Assembly: GCF_006345805.1 (NCBI RefSeq)
Contig: NC_043011.1
Location: 45,086,464 to 45,150,463 of the forward strand
DNA: 64,000 bases
Source: Octopus sinensis
Taxonomy: Eukaryota
Reading direction: 5' to 3'
The notes under the pieces are model-generated. The model saw only the letters and a program-made list of their open reading frames with translations. It had not been told where the DNA came from and did no database searches. Made by a program: the position numbers and the translations under genes. This document shows, piece after piece, positions 62,890 through 64,000 of the stretch; the stretch's first letter is position 1, and every line of letters starts with the position of its first letter.

Positions 62890-63058
62890 GTATCTGCTGC
62901 AGAAGTTTACGAAACCAATCTTTGAGGTGAACACATTCTTCTTTGAAATCATCCAAAGAATGGGAGCCACAGGGTTTGGTGCCAACAATATCATAGCGCT
63001 CTGGAGGTCCCTACAAACTCTGCTACAGACAGAACAACAACAACAACATGATGTGTGA
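62890..63058 (+). CDS. HPDL: HPDL terminal exon 5: [42 protein letters not shown]...HDV*
   Basis: tgcag acceptor, ends in [11 protein letters not shown] carries the Fe-ligand Glu. GATGFGxxNIxALW is HPDL-type rather than the GFGAGNFxxLF of HPD. Total CDS 1356 nt = 451 aa. Confidence 0.95.
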
Positions 63059-63169
63059 TACTTACACACACACACACTTTCACTCAAACACACACATATG
63101 AATATATTATTGCCTGTGGTGGTGGTGGTGGTGGTGGTGGTGATGGTGATTGTGGTGCAGAACTAAGTT

Positions 63170-63628
63170 AGTAGATACTTGGGTGAGTGGGGAGGTGAGT
63201 TGAGTGTGAGAGGGGGTGGGTGTTGCGGAGTTAGGTGGTGTAATTGAGCATGAGTGGAGGTGTTGAGGAGTTGGATGGTATAACTGAGTGTGAGTGGAGG
63301 TGTTTTGGAGTTTGGTGGTGTAATTCAATGTGAGAGGAGGTATGCTGTGTGTGAATTGTAACTGTGTCTAAGTGGAGTGGTGTTGTAACTGAGTGTGAGT
63401 TGAAATGTTCTAGAGTTTGGTGGTGAATGAGAGTGAGGGATATTGTAGAGTTGGATGGTGTAACTGAGTGTGAGTGGAGGCATTGAAGAATTGATAGATA
63501 ACTGAGTATGAGTGGAGGTGTGTTGTAGAGTTGGGTGATATAACTGAGTGTGAGTGAGAAGTGTTGTAGAGTTGGGTGGTGTAACTAAGTGTGAGTGGAG
63601 GTGTTGAGGAACTGAGTGTGAGTGGAGC
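63170..63628. repeat. ~40-bp degenerate minisatellite downstream of the HPDL stop
   Basis: Unit taactgagtgtgagtggaggtgttgaggagttggatggtg, about 11 copies. Confidence 0.85.
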
Positions 63629-64000
63629 TTGTGTGGTTTTAGTTATTAATCTTTATTATTGTTTGTTTCATTCATTACTTTATCACAATGTACCTTGTCG
63701 TAAGACTGCTGAGTGAAGGCTAACTTAGGGGTCACACACCACTGCCAACACCACCATCATTACAGCAACCACCAGCACCTCAATGTCTAAAGAATATTTT
63801 CCAAAAAATAAAATGTTCTGTTTTTGTTTTCAAATTGTTTTTATTCTTCTGTTTTTACATAATAGCAGATATTGTTTTGTTGTTCTTCATGGGATTTGTC
63901 AAAGAATTCTCTATAATATTGGCTCTAATTTCCACCATTTGTCCTTAACTACCACAAATAAAAAATCTTTTGCTTTTAAATGTTTTCTTATTTACCTTTG

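Overview
This is AT-rich, repeat-dense eukaryotic genomic DNA. The SINE families point to an octopus (coleoid cephalopod), which is an inference. Two spliced + strand genes were reconstructed by hand with consistent GT-AG sites and phases. The first is the 3' eight coding exons of a type II phosphatidylinositol 4-kinase (PI4K2, 3486-25370; the N-terminus lies upstream of the window). The second is a complete five-exon HPDL-type 4-hydroxyphenylpyruvate dioxygenase-like gene (40841-63058, 451 aa). The rest is SINEs (three dominant families), RTE/CR1 LINE fragments, Tc1 and mariner relics, hAT/piggyBac/Merlin-like MITEs, Helentron-type elements and mini/microsatellites. The most notable unannotated signal is a dispersed set of minimal type I hammerhead-ribozyme motifs (CUGANGA...GAAA, palindromic stem III, UH). 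Most sit in small elements in or next to (TA)n tracts, and two are inside long palindromes. One near-intact copy lies in sense orientation about 85 nt upstream of a PI4K2 exon. Most short ORFs in the supplied track are repeat-derived noise.
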